From: Planctomycetota bacterium
GTDB taxonomy: Bacteria > Planctomycetota > UBA11346
Reading direction: 5' to 3'
NCBI GenBank assembly: GCA_038213805.1
Contig: JBBQSO010000001.1
Location: 32,001 to 96,000 of the forward strand
DNA: 64,000 nt
Shown piece by piece: positions 1 through 10,719 of the stretch. The notes under the pieces were generated by a model, which was not told the DNA's origin, did not search any database, and saw only the letters and a list, made by a program, of their open reading frames with translations. Each line of letters opens with the position of its first letter. Within the stretch, counting starts at the first letter, position 1. A program made the translations under genes and the position numbers.

Positions 1-2497
1 CGCGTCGCTGACGTGCTACCTCAACGGCCTGGGCGGTCGCGGCGTGCACGTCATCACCGTCAACGACTACCTCGCCGCGCGCGACGCCAACTGGAACGCA
101 CCGACCCTGCGCTTCCTCGGCGTCAGCGTCGGCGCCATCCAGAGCAACCAGCCGCCGCACCTGCGCAAGGCGATCTACGCCTGCGACGTGACCTACGGGA
201 CCAACAACGAATTCGGTTTCGACTACCTGCGCGACAACCTCGCCAAGAGCCCCGACGAGCAGGTGCAGACGCGCCGCACCTTCGCGGTCATCGACGAGGT
301 CGATTCGGTGCTGGTCGACGAGGCGCGCACACCACTGATCATCAGCGGCCCCGCGGTCGGGCGCATGCAGCACTACAAGCCGGCCGACGAGGTCGCGCGC
401 CAGCTGGTCAAGGACGTCGACTTCGAAGTCGACATCAAGGACCGCCAGATCACCCTCAGCGAGGTCGGCATCGACAAGGCCGCTAAGCTCTTCGGCGTCG
501 CGAACCTGTACGACGGCGACGCCATGCAGCTGCCGCACTACCTCGACAATGCGCTCAAGGCGCACCACCTCTACCACCGCGACAAGGAATACCTGGTCGC
601 GAACGGCCAGGTGAAGATCATCGACGAGTTCACCGGCCGCACCATGGATGGCCGACGCTGGTCCGACGGCCTGCACCAGGCGATCGAAGCCAAAGAGGGA
701 ACCGAGGTCAAGGAGGAGAGCCAGACCTACGCGACCATCACCCTGCAGAACTTCTTCCGCCTCTACAGCAAGCTTGCCGGCATGACCGGCACGGCGATGA
801 CCGAGGCCAATGAATTCAACGCCATCTACAAGCTCGAGGTGGTGGCGATCCCACCCAACAAGCGCGTGCAGCGCACCGACTACGCCGACCTGATCTTCGG
901 CAGCGAGAAGGAGAAGTTCGAGGCCATCGGCAAGGAGGTTGAAGACCTTCACGCCATGGGGCAGCCGGTGCTGGTCGGCACCATCTCGGTCGAAGTCTCG
1001 GAACGCCTGTCGGAGCTGCTCAAGCGCCGCGGCGTACCGCACGAGGTGCTCAACGCGCGCCACCACGCACGCGAAGCCGAGATCGTCGCCAAGGCCGGGC
1101 AGTTCGGCGCGGTGACCATCGCCACCAACATGGCCGGGCGCGGCACCGACATCATCCTTGGCGCGATCAGCGCGGCCGAGGCCTTCAAGCATTGGCAGGC
1201 GCACGGCCTGATGCCGAAGAAGCTCAAGCCTGACAGCAGCGCCGCCGACATCGACGAGGCCACCCTCGACCTGTGGGCCACGCACTTCCTTGGCGAGCAG
1301 GACGCCGCGAAACTCAAGAACCAGCCCGCCGACCACGTGCTCAAGGCGATCAACGAGCGCCGCCGCCAGAACGGCTTCCCGCCGCTGCCGTCGCCTTCGA
1401 CCTTCGCGGCCGGCGTCGATGTGCGCCAGCTCGGCGGCCTGCGCATCACCGGCACCGAACGCCACGAGAGCCGACGCATCGACAACCAGTTGCGCGGCCG
1501 CAGCGGCCGCCAGGGCGACCCTGGTTCATCGCGCTTCTATCTGTCCCTCGACGACGACCTGATGAAGCGCTTCGCCGGCCCGATGGTCGCCAACATGATG
1601 CGCCGCCTCGGCCTGAAGGACGGCATCCCGATCGAATCGCGCATGGTCACCAACCAGGTCGAGAAGGCGCAGAAGAAGGTCGAGGAGTTCCACTACGGCA
1701 TCCGCAAGAACCTGCTCGAATACGATCAGGTCGCGAACAGCCAGCGCAGCCTGATCTACCGCCAGCGCCAGCAGATCATCGAGGGCAAGGAGCTCGACAA
1801 GCTGCTGCTTGCGCTCTACCGCCAGTCCACTGACCAGATGGTGCAGAAGGCCGCCGACGACGGCACGCGCGGGCTGGAGCTCGCCAAACGCGTCGCCGAG
1901 GAATACGCCAAGGACTATGGCCTGCCTGCGCCGACCGTCGAGACCCTGCCCGTGAAGGACGGCGGCGACGCCACCCGCGACTTCCTGATGAAGGAGATCA
2001 CCGCGGCGGTCGAGGCGCGGCGCAAGGAGATGGGTGAGGTCTTCGAGCATGTCCTGCGCTTCGTACTGCTCGACACCATCGACCGGCGCTGGAAGGACCA
2101 CCTCTACTCGATGGACCACCTGCGCCACGCCATCGGTCTGGAGTCGTACGCGCAGAAGGACCCGCGCATGCGCTTCAAGGAGGAGGGCTACCGCCAGTTC
2201 ATGATGATGAACGAGCTCATCCATCAGGAGGTCGCCCGCATCTTCTTCCGCCTCCAGGTGCAGGCCGCCCCGCCCGAACCCGAGACCCCCGGCCCCGCCG
2301 GCCACATCGAGGCCGGTGGCTTCCGCCCCGCGGCCGCGACCGCGACCATGTCGGCCCAAGTGCCGGCGATGGCGATGGCCGCGGGTGCCGCCGGCGGTCC
2401 CGACCTGCTCGCCCCGGCCAGCCAGTCGCGGCCCGCCGCGACCGACCCATGTCCGTGCGGGTCGGGGATGCTGTTCCGCCACTGCCACGGCAAGTGA
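1..2497 (+). CDS. secA: Preprotein translocase ATPase SecA (5' end lies outside the window)
   Basis: Motifs VHVITVNDYLAARD, YGTNNEFGFDYLRDN, IDEVDSVLVDEARTPLIISG, IATNMAGRGTDI, GTERHESRRIDNQLRGRSGRQGDPG and C-terminal SEC-C CPCGSG...CHG; the frame is open upstream of the ORF-track start at 44. Confidence 0.98.
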   Translation, partial: ASLTCYLNGLGGRGVHVITVNDYLAARDANWNAPTLRFLGVSVGAIQSNQPPHLRKAIYACDVTYGTNNEFGFDYLRDNLAKSPDEQVQTRRTFAVIDEVDSVLVDEARTPLIISGPAVGRMQHYKPADEVARQLVKDVDFEVDIKDRQITLSEVGIDKAAKLFGVANLYDGDAMQLPHYLDNALKAHHLYHRDKEYLVANGQVKIIDEFTGRTMDGRRWSDGLHQAIEAKEGTEVKEESQTYATITLQNFFRLYSKLAGMTGTAMTEANEFNAIYKLEVVAIPPNKRVQRTDYADLIFGSEKEKFEAIGKEVEDLHAMGQPVLVGTISVEVSERLSELLKRRGVPHEVLNARHHAREAEIVAKAGQFGAVTIATNMAGRGTDIILGAISAAEAFKHWQAHGLMPKKLKPDSSAADIDEATLDLWATHFLGEQDAAKLKNQPADHVLKAINERRRQNGFPPLPSPSTFAAGVDVRQLGGLRITGTERHESRRIDNQLRGRSGRQGDPGSSRFYLSLDDDLMKRFAGPMVANMMRRLGLKDGIPIESRMVTNQVEKAQKKVEEFHYGIRKNLLEYDQVANSQRSLIYRQRQQIIEGKELDKLLLALYRQSTDQMVQKAADDGTRGLELAKRVAEEYAKDYGLPAPTVETLPVKDGGDATRDFLMKEITAAVEARRKEMGEVFEHVLRFVLLDTIDRRWKDHLYSMDHLRHAIGLESYAQKDPRMRFKEEGYRQFMMMNELIHQEVARIFFRLQVQAAPPEPETPGPAGHIEAGGFRPAAATATMSAQVPAMAMAAGAAGGPDLLAPASQSRPAATDPCPCGSGMLFRHCHGK

Positions 2498-2545
2498 CCG
2501 GCGCCGCCGTCCCCGGATGATGGCGACGTTGTGGTGGATACGCCG

Positions 2546-5500
2546 ATGAGCCGCAGACCCTCGCTGCGCCTGGTGGCGGTGGCGCTGGTCGGGCTGGCGG
2601 CGAGCGCCGCGCTGTGGGTCGTCATGCATGCCTCGGAAGATGCGCGCGCACAGGGCGAATTCGCCGCGCTGTGCAGCCGCCACGCGCGCGCCATCGAGCA
2701 GAGTTTCGCCGACCTCGGCGACGAACTCTACTCCCTGCGCGGCCTGTACTCGGCGAGCCGCCAGGTCGAGCGCGCCGAGTTCCACGCCTTCGCTCAGGTC
2801 ATCATCGGGCATACCCCGATGATCCGCTCGATCTCCTGGACGCCGCGCATCCCGGCCGCAGAGCGGGTCGCTGCCGAGACGGCGATCCGCGCGGATGCGG
2901 GCGAAGATCAGCGCACCCGCGACTTCGTGGTCCGCGAGCTCGCCCCGAACGGCGCAATGATCCCTGTCGGCGCCCGCGCCGAGTACTTCCCGGTGGCCTT
3001 CATCGAGCCGTTTGCTGCGAATTTCGCTGCCTACGGGTTCGACATGGGCAGCGAGCCGGTGCGCCGCGTATTGCTCGAACGCGCACGCGACCTCGACCAG
3101 GTCTGCACCACGCCGCCACTGCGATTGGTCCAGGAGACCGCGCGGCAGTTGGCTGTGGTGGTCTACCTACCCCTGTTCGCCAACGGCACCGTCCACGCGA
3201 CCCCAACAGCGCGTTGCCTGGCGTTGACCGGTTATGTCGGGGCGACCGTGACCATCGCTACCCTGGTCGAATCAGCCTTGTCCAGGCTGCCCGCGGCCGG
3301 ACTGGAGATGACACTGCGCGACGCCGGGGCGCCAGAGGCCGGCGACGTCATCCACCATTCGCGCCTGGGTGGAGGCGAGGCGGCCGCCGGGGCGCGCACC
3401 TGCCACCTTGAGATCGCCGTCGCCGACCGCCACTGGCGGATCGATTTCGCCGCGGCACCGGCCTTTACCGCCCTGCACCGCACCTGGCATGCAGAGCTGG
3501 TGCTTGCCGCGGCGCTCCTCGCCAGCGCTCTGGCCTGCGGCCTGGTGCGCAGCATCGACCGCCAACAGGCGGTGATCGCCCGTCATGTCGCAGAGCGTAC
3601 GCGCGAGCTCACCGCCGCGATCGCCGTCGCTGGCGAAGCCGAGAGCGGACTGCGCCGCAACCAGGCGGCGATGGCGCGCAGCGAGGCGGCGCTGCGTGCC
3701 AGCGAGGAACGACTCCAACTGGCGCTGCGCGGCACCAATGATGGCATCTTCGACTGGGACCTGCGCTCCAACACCTCGTTCGTCTCAGAGCGCATGGAGG
3801 CGATGCTCGGCTACGGACCAGGCGAGATGAACACCGCCGCCGCCGGGGACTGGACCACCAACCTCATCCATCCCGACCACCGCGACCTGGTGCGCGCGCG
3901 CCTGCAGCAGCACTTCGCGGGCGAGAGCGCCTTCCACGAGTCCGAGTTCCGCATGCGCACCAAGGACGGTGGCTGGCGCTGGATCCTGTGCCGCGCCCAG
4001 GCGGTGCGTGGGCCGGACGGCGTGCCGCGGCGCATGCTCGCCACGTTCACCGACATCGGCGTGCGCAAGCGCGCCGAGCAGGCGCTGGGCGAGAGCCAGC
4101 GCCAGTATCAGACCCTGGTCGACAGCCTGGGCGTGGTGGTCTTCCAGACCGATCTGGAGGGGCGCTGGACCTTCCTCAACCCATCGTGGACGCGCATCAC
4201 CGGCTATGCGGTCGAGGCCAGCCTCGACCAACCGTTCCTCGACCTGGTGCGGCCGGAAGAGCGTGCCGGCTGCGCCGAGCGCTTTGCGGCCATGCTCGCC
4301 GGCACCGCCGAGGTCACCCAGCACCAGGTGCGCTATCGCACCGCCTCCGGCGAGGAGATCTGGGTGGCGATCACCGCGCGCCTGCTGCGCAACGCTGGCG
4401 GGCGCATCGTCGGCACGAGCGGCACGCTAAGCGACGTCACGGCCGAGCGCGAGGCCCAGGGACAGATCCTGCGTGCGCGCGATGCGGCCGAGGCTGCCGA
4501 CCGCGCCAAGACGGAATTCCTCGCCACCGTCAGCCACGAGATCCGCACGCCGATGAACGGCATCATCGGCATGGCCGAACTGCTCGCGCGCACGCGCCTC
4601 GAGCCCGATCAGCGCAGTCAGCTCGAGGCGATCAGCACCTGCAGCGGCGGGCTGCTCGCGCTGATCAACGACATCCTCGACTACTCGAAGATCGCCGCCG
4701 GGCGGCTCGACCTCGAGAACGTGCCGTTCGACCCGCGCACGCTGGTCGAGGACGCGGTCGCGCTGCTCGCGCCGCAGGCCGCCGCCAAGCGCCTGGAACT
4801 GACCTGGACGGTCGCCGCCGAGGTTCCTCAGATGGTGCTCGGCGATCCCGGCCGCCTGCGCCAAGTGCTGATCAACCTGCTCGCCAACGCCGTGAAGTTC
4901 ACCCCTGCCGGCACGGTGGCGATCGAGGTGACCGCCGGCGCGTTCTCGGCGCACGGCTTGGAGTTGGCCTTGGCCATCGCCGACACCGGCATCGGCATCA
5001 GCACCGCCGAGCAGGCGCGACTGTTCCAGCCCTTCACGCAGGCCGACAGCTCGACCACGCGCCGCTTCGGCGGCAGCGGCCTGGGCCTGGCGATCTCCAA
5101 ACGTCTGGCCGAGCTGCTCGGCGGCGGCATCACCCTGACCAGCGCGCCCGGCCGCGGCAGCATCTTCCGCTGCACCATCATGGTCGCCACCGCGCCGCTG
5201 ACGCCGCTGGCGGGCGCAACCGTGGTGCAGGACGGGGTCGTAGTCCTGGCCGCGGCACAGGTGCCGGCGGTGCGCGCCATGCTCGCCAGCCAGCTGCGCA
5301 ACCTTGGCGTGACGGTGATCGAGGCCGGCGATGAAGGCGCGGTGCGGGCCGCGCTCGCTTCCGCCGCCGACGGGTTGCGGCCCGGACTGGGCATCCTTGA
5401 CCTCGCGCTGGCCGCTGCGCTGGCGGGCGAGCTGCGGGCCGCCGGGCTGCCCTGGCTGCTGCTCGGCTTTCCCGACGACCGCGAGCACGGCGTCGCTCTG

Positions 5501-6376
5501 GGCGCGGCGGCGACGCTGGCCAAGCCGCTGCGCCGCGAGCAGCTGCGTCGCGCCCTGCGCAGCATGCTTGCACCGGTTGCGGTCGCCCACGTGGATGAGG
5601 CACGCACCGTGCCGCCGGCGCTGCCGGGACGGCGCATCCTGCTGGTCGAGGACAACCCCATCAACCAGCACGTCGCCCAGCACCTGCTGCTCGGCTTCGG
5701 CTGCGCAGTGGCGTGCGCGGGCAGCGGCCGCGAAGCCCTCGACCTGGCGGTGGCCGACCACTTCGATGCCGTGCTGCTCGATTGCCAGATGCCCGAACTG
5801 GACGGTTACGACACCAGTCGCGAGCTGCGCCGGCGCGGCCTGCGCATACCGATCATCGCCCTCACCGCCAACGCCGGAGAAAGCGACCGGGCGCGCTGTT
5901 TGGATGCGGGGATGGACGACCACCTCGGCAAGCCGGTCGGAAGCGAAGCCCTGCTGGCCATGTTGCGCCGCTGGCTCGAGCCGGCGGGATTGGTTGTGGC
6001 CGCGGACGCCACCGGCACCGGCCCCCTGTCGCCACCCGCGCTCGATTCCGTGGCCTTTGCGGTGCTGCGCAAGCAGCTTGGCACGAATGCGCTCGCCGAG
6101 CTTTACCAGCTCTACGACAGCCAGATCCCGCCGCTGCTGCAGGGCCTCGACGAGGCACAGCGCCGCGACGACCACGCCGAGCTGCGCCGCGTGGCGCACC
6201 GCCTGCGCGGCGCCGTGCTGAACCTCTGCCTGAGCGCCTTCGCCGATCACATGCGTCACCTTGAGCACGCCGCAACGGCCGGTGATGCGGTGCGCATCGC
6301 CACGCTGATGGCGGAGGTGCCGAGGGTGGTGAAGCGGGCGAATGAGGCGTTGGCGGGGATGCGGGCTGATGGCTGA
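2546..6376 (+). CDS. Hybrid sensor histidine kinase: TM-CHASE-TM-PAS-PAS-HisKA-HATPase-(degenerate REC)-REC-Hpt
   Basis: CHASE-type segment [10 protein letters not shown]...[14 protein letters not shown] segments DGIFDWDL and [19 protein letters not shown]-box [19 protein letters not shown]-box [11 protein letters not shown]-boxes DTGIGI and [21 protein letters not shown]...[11 protein letters not shown]; Hpt AHRLRGA. Start could be GTG 2531. Confidence 0.95.
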   Translation: MSRRPSLRLVAVALVGLAASAALWVVMHASEDARAQGEFAALCSRHARAIEQSFADLGDELYSLRGLYSASRQVERAEFHAFAQVIIGHTPMIRSISWTPRIPAAERVAAETAIRADAGEDQRTRDFVVRELAPNGAMIPVGARAEYFPVAFIEPFAANFAAYGFDMGSEPVRRVLLERARDLDQVCTTPPLRLVQETARQLAVVVYLPLFANGTVHATPTARCLALTGYVGATVTIATLVESALSRLPAAGLEMTLRDAGAPEAGDVIHHSRLGGGEAAAGARTCHLEIAVADRHWRIDFAAAPAFTALHRTWHAELVLAAALLASALACGLVRSIDRQQAVIARHVAERTRELTAAIAVAGEAESGLRRNQAAMARSEAALRASEERLQLALRGTNDGIFDWDLRSNTSFVSERMEAMLGYGPGEMNTAAAGDWTTNLIHPDHRDLVRARLQQHFAGESAFHESEFRMRTKDGGWRWILCRAQAVRGPDGVPRRMLATFTDIGVRKRAEQALGESQRQYQTLVDSLGVVVFQTDLEGRWTFLNPSWTRITGYAVEASLDQPFLDLVRPEERAGCAERFAAMLAGTAEVTQHQVRYRTASGEEIWVAITARLLRNAGGRIVGTSGTLSDVTAEREAQGQILRARDAAEAADRAKTEFLATVSHEIRTPMNGIIGMAELLARTRLEPDQRSQLEAISTCSGGLLALINDILDYSKIAAGRLDLENVPFDPRTLVEDAVALLAPQAAAKRLELTWTVAAEVPQMVLGDPGRLRQVLINLLANAVKFTPAGTVAIEVTAGAFSAHGLELALAIADTGIGISTAEQARLFQPFTQADSSTTRRFGGSGLGLAISKRLAELLGGGITLTSAPGRGSIFRCTIMVATAPLTPLAGATVVQDGVVVLAAAQVPAVRAMLASQLRNLGVTVIEAGDEGAVRAALASAADGLRPGLGILDLALAAALAGELRAAGLPWLLLGFPDDREHGVALGAAATLAKPLRREQLRRALRSMLAPVAVAHVDEARTVPPALPGRRILLVEDNPINQHVAQHLLLGFGCAVACAGSGREALDLAVADHFDAVLLDCQMPELDGYDTSRELRRRGLRIPIIALTANAGESDRARCLDAGMDDHLGKPVGSEALLAMLRRWLEPAGLVVAADATGTGPLSPPALDSVAFAVLRKQLGTNALAELYQLYDSQIPPLLQGLDEAQRRDDHAELRRVAHRLRGAVLNLCLSAFADHMRHLEHAATAGDAVRIATLMAEVPRVVKRANEALAGMRADG

Positions 6377-6387
6377 TGGCTGATGGC
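6364..6387 (+). repeat. Tandem heptamer (GGCTGAT)x3 spanning the kinase stop codon
   Basis: ggctgat ggctgat ggctgat ggc read directly. Confidence 0.8.
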
Positions 6388-6555
6388 GAAGCGGAGCAGC
6401 GCACCCATTCGCCGGATTGTAGGCACTCCATCAATGCGGTGCTTCTGGATTTTCGGGAGCTTCCTTCCCGAGGAGATGCAGATTCGCTCATTTCAGGCGT
6501 TCACTGCGCGACAGGTGAGCGTATGACAGATCCCATGGAGATTCGGGGAAGTCAT

Positions 6556-6628
6556 CCTGGGAGCGCCGAGCCCCAGCTCGGCTGGCTTCATGGCATTTCG
6601 AGCCGAGCTGGGGCTCGGCGCTCCCAGG
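6556..6628. repeat. Perfect 28-bp inverted repeat with 17-nt loop (REP-like palindrome) between convergent genes
   Basis: cctgggagcgccgagccccagctcggct (6556-6583) is the exact reverse complement of agccgagctggggctcggcgctcccagg (6601-6628). Confidence 0.9.
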
Positions 6629-6724
6629 TGGGAGCTGTCCATGCTCGTGACAGAAGTTCGGGGATCGACAATCAGCTAGCAGCCACTCGCCACCGGCGGC
6701 ACGCATAAGACCGGCGCGCAGCCC

Positions 6725-7597
6725 TCAGCCATTCGCCGCGGGCGGCAGGCACGGCACCGGCGCAAACATCGGCACGGCTGACAACGGCCGCACATGCACA
6801 TCGATCGGCGCACCGCCGGTGACGCGCATGTCGCCGGTGACCTGATAGAAGCGGCCGGGAACGATCAGGCCACCGTTCAGGCGGGTGCTGCTGGGATCCT
6901 CCGGGAAAAGAGCGATGGCGTAGCCGCCTTGTCCGTGATCGCTGATCACCGGGTCGGGATCGCGGCCCGGCACATAGTGCATGGCCGCCCAGGTGCCTTC
7001 ACCCGTGATCTGCTGCCCGTGCGCGGTCAGCGCAACTCCGCCGGTCCGGACCTGCTGACCGAGGTCGTGCGCAATGGGGCCGGCGGCGATTGCCGCTCCG
7101 GCGCCCGTGGGGTCCGCTTCTGCCGCGGCAGGGCGGCCCCGCGACGCGCTCGCAACGTCGACGGCTCCTGCCCCGACCACGCCGGTTGCGGGAACGGACT
7201 GGCCTCCTGGCTGGGAAATGGCCATGGTGCCGCCCGCGACGCGGGTCGGCGTCCCACCTCCGGCTAGCTGGTGCTGGTGACCGAGCAGGTCGCGTGCGCG
7301 CGGCAGGGCCGCGAGCGTCTCGGCATCGAGCGCCGGGAGTTTGGGGATGCGGTGGTCGTCGAGCTGACCGAGCAGCGCGTAGGCGCGCGCCTCGGCGGCG
7401 GAGAATGAGCCGAGCCGGGACTCGACCGGTCGCGCCGGGAGCTGGGCGATGCCCGGGGCGGGTAGCGTGGGCGTGGAAGCAGGAACCACAGCGGGCGCGC
7501 CCACGAACCACAGCAGCGCTGCCCCGGTCGCCAGGGCGCCGAGCAGCGCCAGCACGGCGCGCGAAACGAGGGTGCGACTCCTGTTGGTGGCGACCAC
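6725..7597 (-). CDS. Hypothetical membrane-anchored/exported protein
   Basis: N-terminal hydrophobic helix AVLALLGALATGAALLWFVG, low-complexity linker, globular C-terminal part; starts 5 nt after the upstream gene's stop; start codon uncertain. Confidence 0.65.
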   Translation of the reverse strand: MVATNRSRTLVSRAVLALLGALATGAALLWFVGAPAVVPASTPTLPAPGIAQLPARPVESRLGSFSAAEARAYALLGQLDDHRIPKLPALDAETLAALPRARDLLGHQHQLAGGGTPTRVAGGTMAISQPGGQSVPATGVVGAGAVDVASASRGRPAAAEADPTGAGAAIAAGPIAHDLGQQVRTGGVALTAHGQQITGEGTWAAMHYVPGRDPDPVISDHGQGGYAIALFPEDPSSTRLNGGLIVPGRFYQVTGDMRVTGGAPIDVHVRPLSAVPMFAPVPCLPPAANG

Positions 7598-7602
7598 GGA
7601 GT

Positions 7603-8667
7603 CTAGTTCTGCGACAAGGTGACAGTGACCGTGGTGAAATCCTGGGTCGTCGGGAAGATGATGGTGATCGGAGGACCGACGACGCCGACGTTCGGCGCGC
7701 CATTCCCGTTCCCGGTGCTGAACGGATCGGGGGATTCGGTATCCGAATCGAAGTCGGTGGCGATCCCGGTCTGGTTGTCGGTGGGCCAGTAGGCCAAGGT
7801 CACGGGCGTGCTGCTGACCGCGGCGAATTCGATGGTCTGGAAACCGGTGCCGCTCGCGGCGATGACCTGCGGCGAATTCCGGCTGTCGGTAAAGGCGTTG
7901 CTACGATCGCCGTTGCCAATGAAGGAGACTTCCTGACGCATCATCGGGATGCGGTGGTAGACCGTGTTCCATAACTGGTCGACAGCAGCCACCCCGGCGG
8001 TGGTGGCGATGTCCTCATAGACGGTGTCAATCAGGGTTCCCCAGGTATTGCTGCTCGCCGTCCCCCCATTGGCCACGCTGATGCGCCGGAAAAAATCCGT
8101 GTTCACGAAGAACTGTGCACTGCCCGTGGGTTCGTTGTGGGTGATCGCACTGGTCTCGCATTGGTAGCCGGCGTGACGTTGCGCCGCGACCGAGTAGTTC
8201 GCATTGGCGCTCAGGGTGCTGGCGCCGGACTGGCCACGCAGGGCATTGAGTTCGCCCAGCACGGTCGCGGCGAAGTTCGGCGGATTTGAATTCAGTCCGG
8301 TGGTGAAACTCCACGACCGCGAGAAGGTTTCCACGGCGGTGGTGGCCGAGATGGCGACCGTGTAGTTGGTACTCGCGAGGAGGGCGCCCTTGGCCATGAT
8401 GTAGATTTCACCTGGGCGCAGCCGATTTCCGCGCGCGGTGTTCGGTATGGCCTGATCGAGAAAAACATCGGCGCCGGGGGGTTTGGTCGCGCTCTGGCTG
8501 CCGCCGACCAGGACGTACGACGGTACCACGGTGCCGCTCGGTGTGCCGACGCCTCCACCGCCGACGCCTCCACCTGCGCCGCTACTCGGCGTCGTATTCG
8601 TACCACCCCCTCCACATCCGGCGAGCACGGCGGTGACCATCGGAATGAGCAGGTGCTGCGCGCGCAT
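7603..8667 (-). CDS. CAP/SCP-domain lipoprotein
   Basis: GGAG RBS then ATG at 8667; lipobox VLAG-C followed by a Gly/Thr linker; CAP motifs LNALRGQSG...AAQRHAGY...ITHNE and [12 protein letters not shown]. Confidence 0.85.
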   Translation of the reverse strand: MRAQHLLIPMVTAVLAGCGGGGTNTTPSSGAGGGVGGGGVGTPSGTVVPSYVLVGGSQSATKPPGADVFLDQAIPNTARGNRLRPGEIYIMAKGALLASTNYTVAISATTAVETFSRSWSFTTGLNSNPPNFAATVLGELNALRGQSGASTLSANANYSVAAQRHAGYQCETSAITHNEPTGSAQFFVNTDFFRRISVANGGTASSNTWGTLIDTVYEDIATTAGVAAVDQLWNTVYHRIPMMRQEVSFIGNGDRSNAFTDSRNSPQVIAASGTGFQTIEFAAVSSTPVTLAYWPTDNQTGIATDFDSDTESPDPFSTGNGNGAPNVGVVGPPITIIFPTTQDFTTVTVTLSQN

Positions 8668-8827
8668 GAGGGGCTCCACAATGAGGGAGCTGGAGTATGC
8701 CTCCAGCGGACCCCCGACTCCACGCCCATCCCACCCGACCTGCTACGCATGGATGCCACGCTTCATGGCACGCATCCCCACGGCGGAAACCGCTGGCGCA
8801 CGGCCGATTCCACCACAAACCGGGGCG

Positions 8828-10297
8828 ATGAGCGAACTCGATGGTTCGGTATGGCTGCTGGCCGGCGCGGCGATGGGCGCCTTTCTGGCCTGGGGCGTGC
8901 TGCGCGCCAAGGTACGCGACGCCTACCAGCACGGCCATGAGCATGGCGAGGCCGAGGCCACGGCCGCCCAGGCGACCCTGGTGGAGCGGCTCGCCGGCCA
9001 CGAGCGCGCCGCCGACGCCCTGCGGGGCGCGCTCACCAAGGCCGAAGGGACCCTCGGTGCGCTGCAGGCCGAGCACGGCGCCCTGCGCACCGCACACGCG
9101 GCGCTGGGCACCCGCGCCGCGGCCGAGCGCGCCGCGGCGGAGGAGACGCGCGCCCTGCTCGGCCAGGTGCGCGAGCAGTTTGCCGACGCCTTCCGCGCGC
9201 TTTCGGCCGACGCCTTGCGCGCCAACAACCAGTCCTTCCTGGAATTGGCGACGAGCGCGCTCGCGACCTTCCAGGAGGGTGCGCGCGGCGACCTCGCGGG
9301 GCGCCAGCAGGCCATCGATGCGCTGGTCGCACCGATCCGAGCATCGCTCGAGCAGGTTGGCGGCGCGCTCGGCGAGCTCGAACGCGCGCGTGTCGGCGCC
9401 TTCGCCACCCTCACCGAGCAGCTGCGCAGCCTGGCCGACGGCCAGGGCCGGCTGCAGGGCGAGACCGCGAACCTGGTGCGCGCGCTGCGCGCCCCGGCGG
9501 TGCGCGGGCGCTGGGGCGAGATCCAGCTCAAGCGCGTGGTCGAGCTCGCCGGCATGCTCGAGTACTGCGATTTCAGGGTCCAGACGACCAGCGACGACGG
9601 GCGCCTGCGGCCCGATCTGGTGGTGCGCCTGCCCAACCGCAAACAGCTGGTGGTCGACGCCAAGGCGCCGCTGCAGGCCTATCTCGACGCGCTTGAGGCC
9701 GGTGACGAGGCGACCCGCGCGCTGCGCCTGCAGGACCATGCCCGCCAGGTGCGCGGGCACCTGCAGGCGCTTGGCGCGAAGGCCTACTGGGATCAGTTCG
9801 CGCCCAGTCCGGAATTCGTCGTGCTGTTCCTGCCCGGCGAGACCTTCTTCAGCGCTGCGCTCGAGGCCGATCCGTCATTGATCGAGGTCGGCGTCGACCA
9901 GCGCGTCATCCTCGCCACCCCGACCACGCTCATCGCCCTGCTGCGCGCCGTCGCCTACGGCTGGCGGCAGGAACAGCTCAGCCGCAACGCCGACGAGATC
10001 AGCCGCCTCGGCGCCGGCCTGTACGAGCGCGTACGCACCCTGGCCGAGCATTTCACCGACCTGCGCAAGGCACTCGACCGCACCGTCGAGTGCTACAACA
10101 AGGCGGTCGGCTCACTCGAGAGCCGCGTCCTGCCCGGCGCACGCCGCTTCAAAGAGCTTGGCGCCGGCAGCGGCGACGACATCCCCCAGCTCGAAGGCGT
10201 CGACAAGGCGCCACGCGCCCTGCAGGCGGAGGCTTTCGCCGCGACACCACCCACCCCGGACAGCAATCACGAGCAGGCTGGCATTCGTGAGGCCTGA
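8828..10297 (+). CDS. rmuC: DNA recombination protein RmuC
   Basis: N-terminal TM and coiled coil; [65 protein letters not shown]. Confidence 0.95.
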   Translation: MSELDGSVWLLAGAAMGAFLAWGVLRAKVRDAYQHGHEHGEAEATAAQATLVERLAGHERAADALRGALTKAEGTLGALQAEHGALRTAHAALGTRAAAERAAAEETRALLGQVREQFADAFRALSADALRANNQSFLELATSALATFQEGARGDLAGRQQAIDALVAPIRASLEQVGGALGELERARVGAFATLTEQLRSLADGQGRLQGETANLVRALRAPAVRGRWGEIQLKRVVELAGMLEYCDFRVQTTSDDGRLRPDLVVRLPNRKQLVVDAKAPLQAYLDALEAGDEATRALRLQDHARQVRGHLQALGAKAYWDQFAPSPEFVVLFLPGETFFSAALEADPSLIEVGVDQRVILATPTTLIALLRAVAYGWRQEQLSRNADEISRLGAGLYERVRTLAEHFTDLRKALDRTVECYNKAVGSLESRVLPGARRFKELGAGSGDDIPQLEGVDKAPRALQAEAFAATPPTPDSNHEQAGIREA

Positions 10298-10378
10298 CGG
10301 TAGCGTGCGGCCGGTCACCCTCCGGTAGGCCGACTCAACTCACCCGGACCGATTGGTCCCAGTCCAAGGATTCCAACC

Positions 10379-10621
10379 ATGCGTACCCTCACCGCCTCCC
10401 TCGCGTTCCTCGGCGTGCTCGCCATCTCGGGCTGCGGCGATGATGCCAAGCCCGTCGTCGTCACGCCCGCGCCCACGACCACCCCGGCCCCCGCCGCCGC
10501 CGACGCCCCCAAGCCCGGCGCCGAGGCCGTCAAGGAAGCCGCCAAGGACGCTGCCACCAAGACCGCTGATGACGCCAAGGCCGCCGCCGATGCCGCCAAG
10601 GCTGCCATCGACAAGAAGTAA
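10379..10621 (+). CDS. Small Ala/Lys/Pro-rich lipoprotein
   Basis: Signal peptide with lipobox ISG-C, AAGGA RBS, strong GC3 codon bias, followed by a terminator. Confidence 0.8.
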   Translation: MRTLTASLAFLGVLAISGCGDDAKPVVVTPAPTTTPAPAAADAPKPGAEAVKEAAKDAATKTADDAKAAADAAKAAIDKK

Positions 10622-10665
10622 GCTGCCGGCCGGCATGCGCCGGCAGGCATCCGGGTCTCACCCGC

Positions 10666-10700
10666 GCCGCTCCACCGTCTGGTGGGGCGGCTTTTTTGTT
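10666..10700 (+). terminator. Rho-independent terminator
   Basis: Stem gccgctccacc / ggtggggcggc with a 4-nt loop followed by tttttt. Confidence 0.85.
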
Positions 10701-10719
10701 TGCGCTGACTGCAGGCGCG

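Noticed and set aside
6376..6708. 110-aa ORF after the kinase
   Set aside because: Runs through the palindrome and heptamer repeat, with atypical codon usage; likely non-coding.
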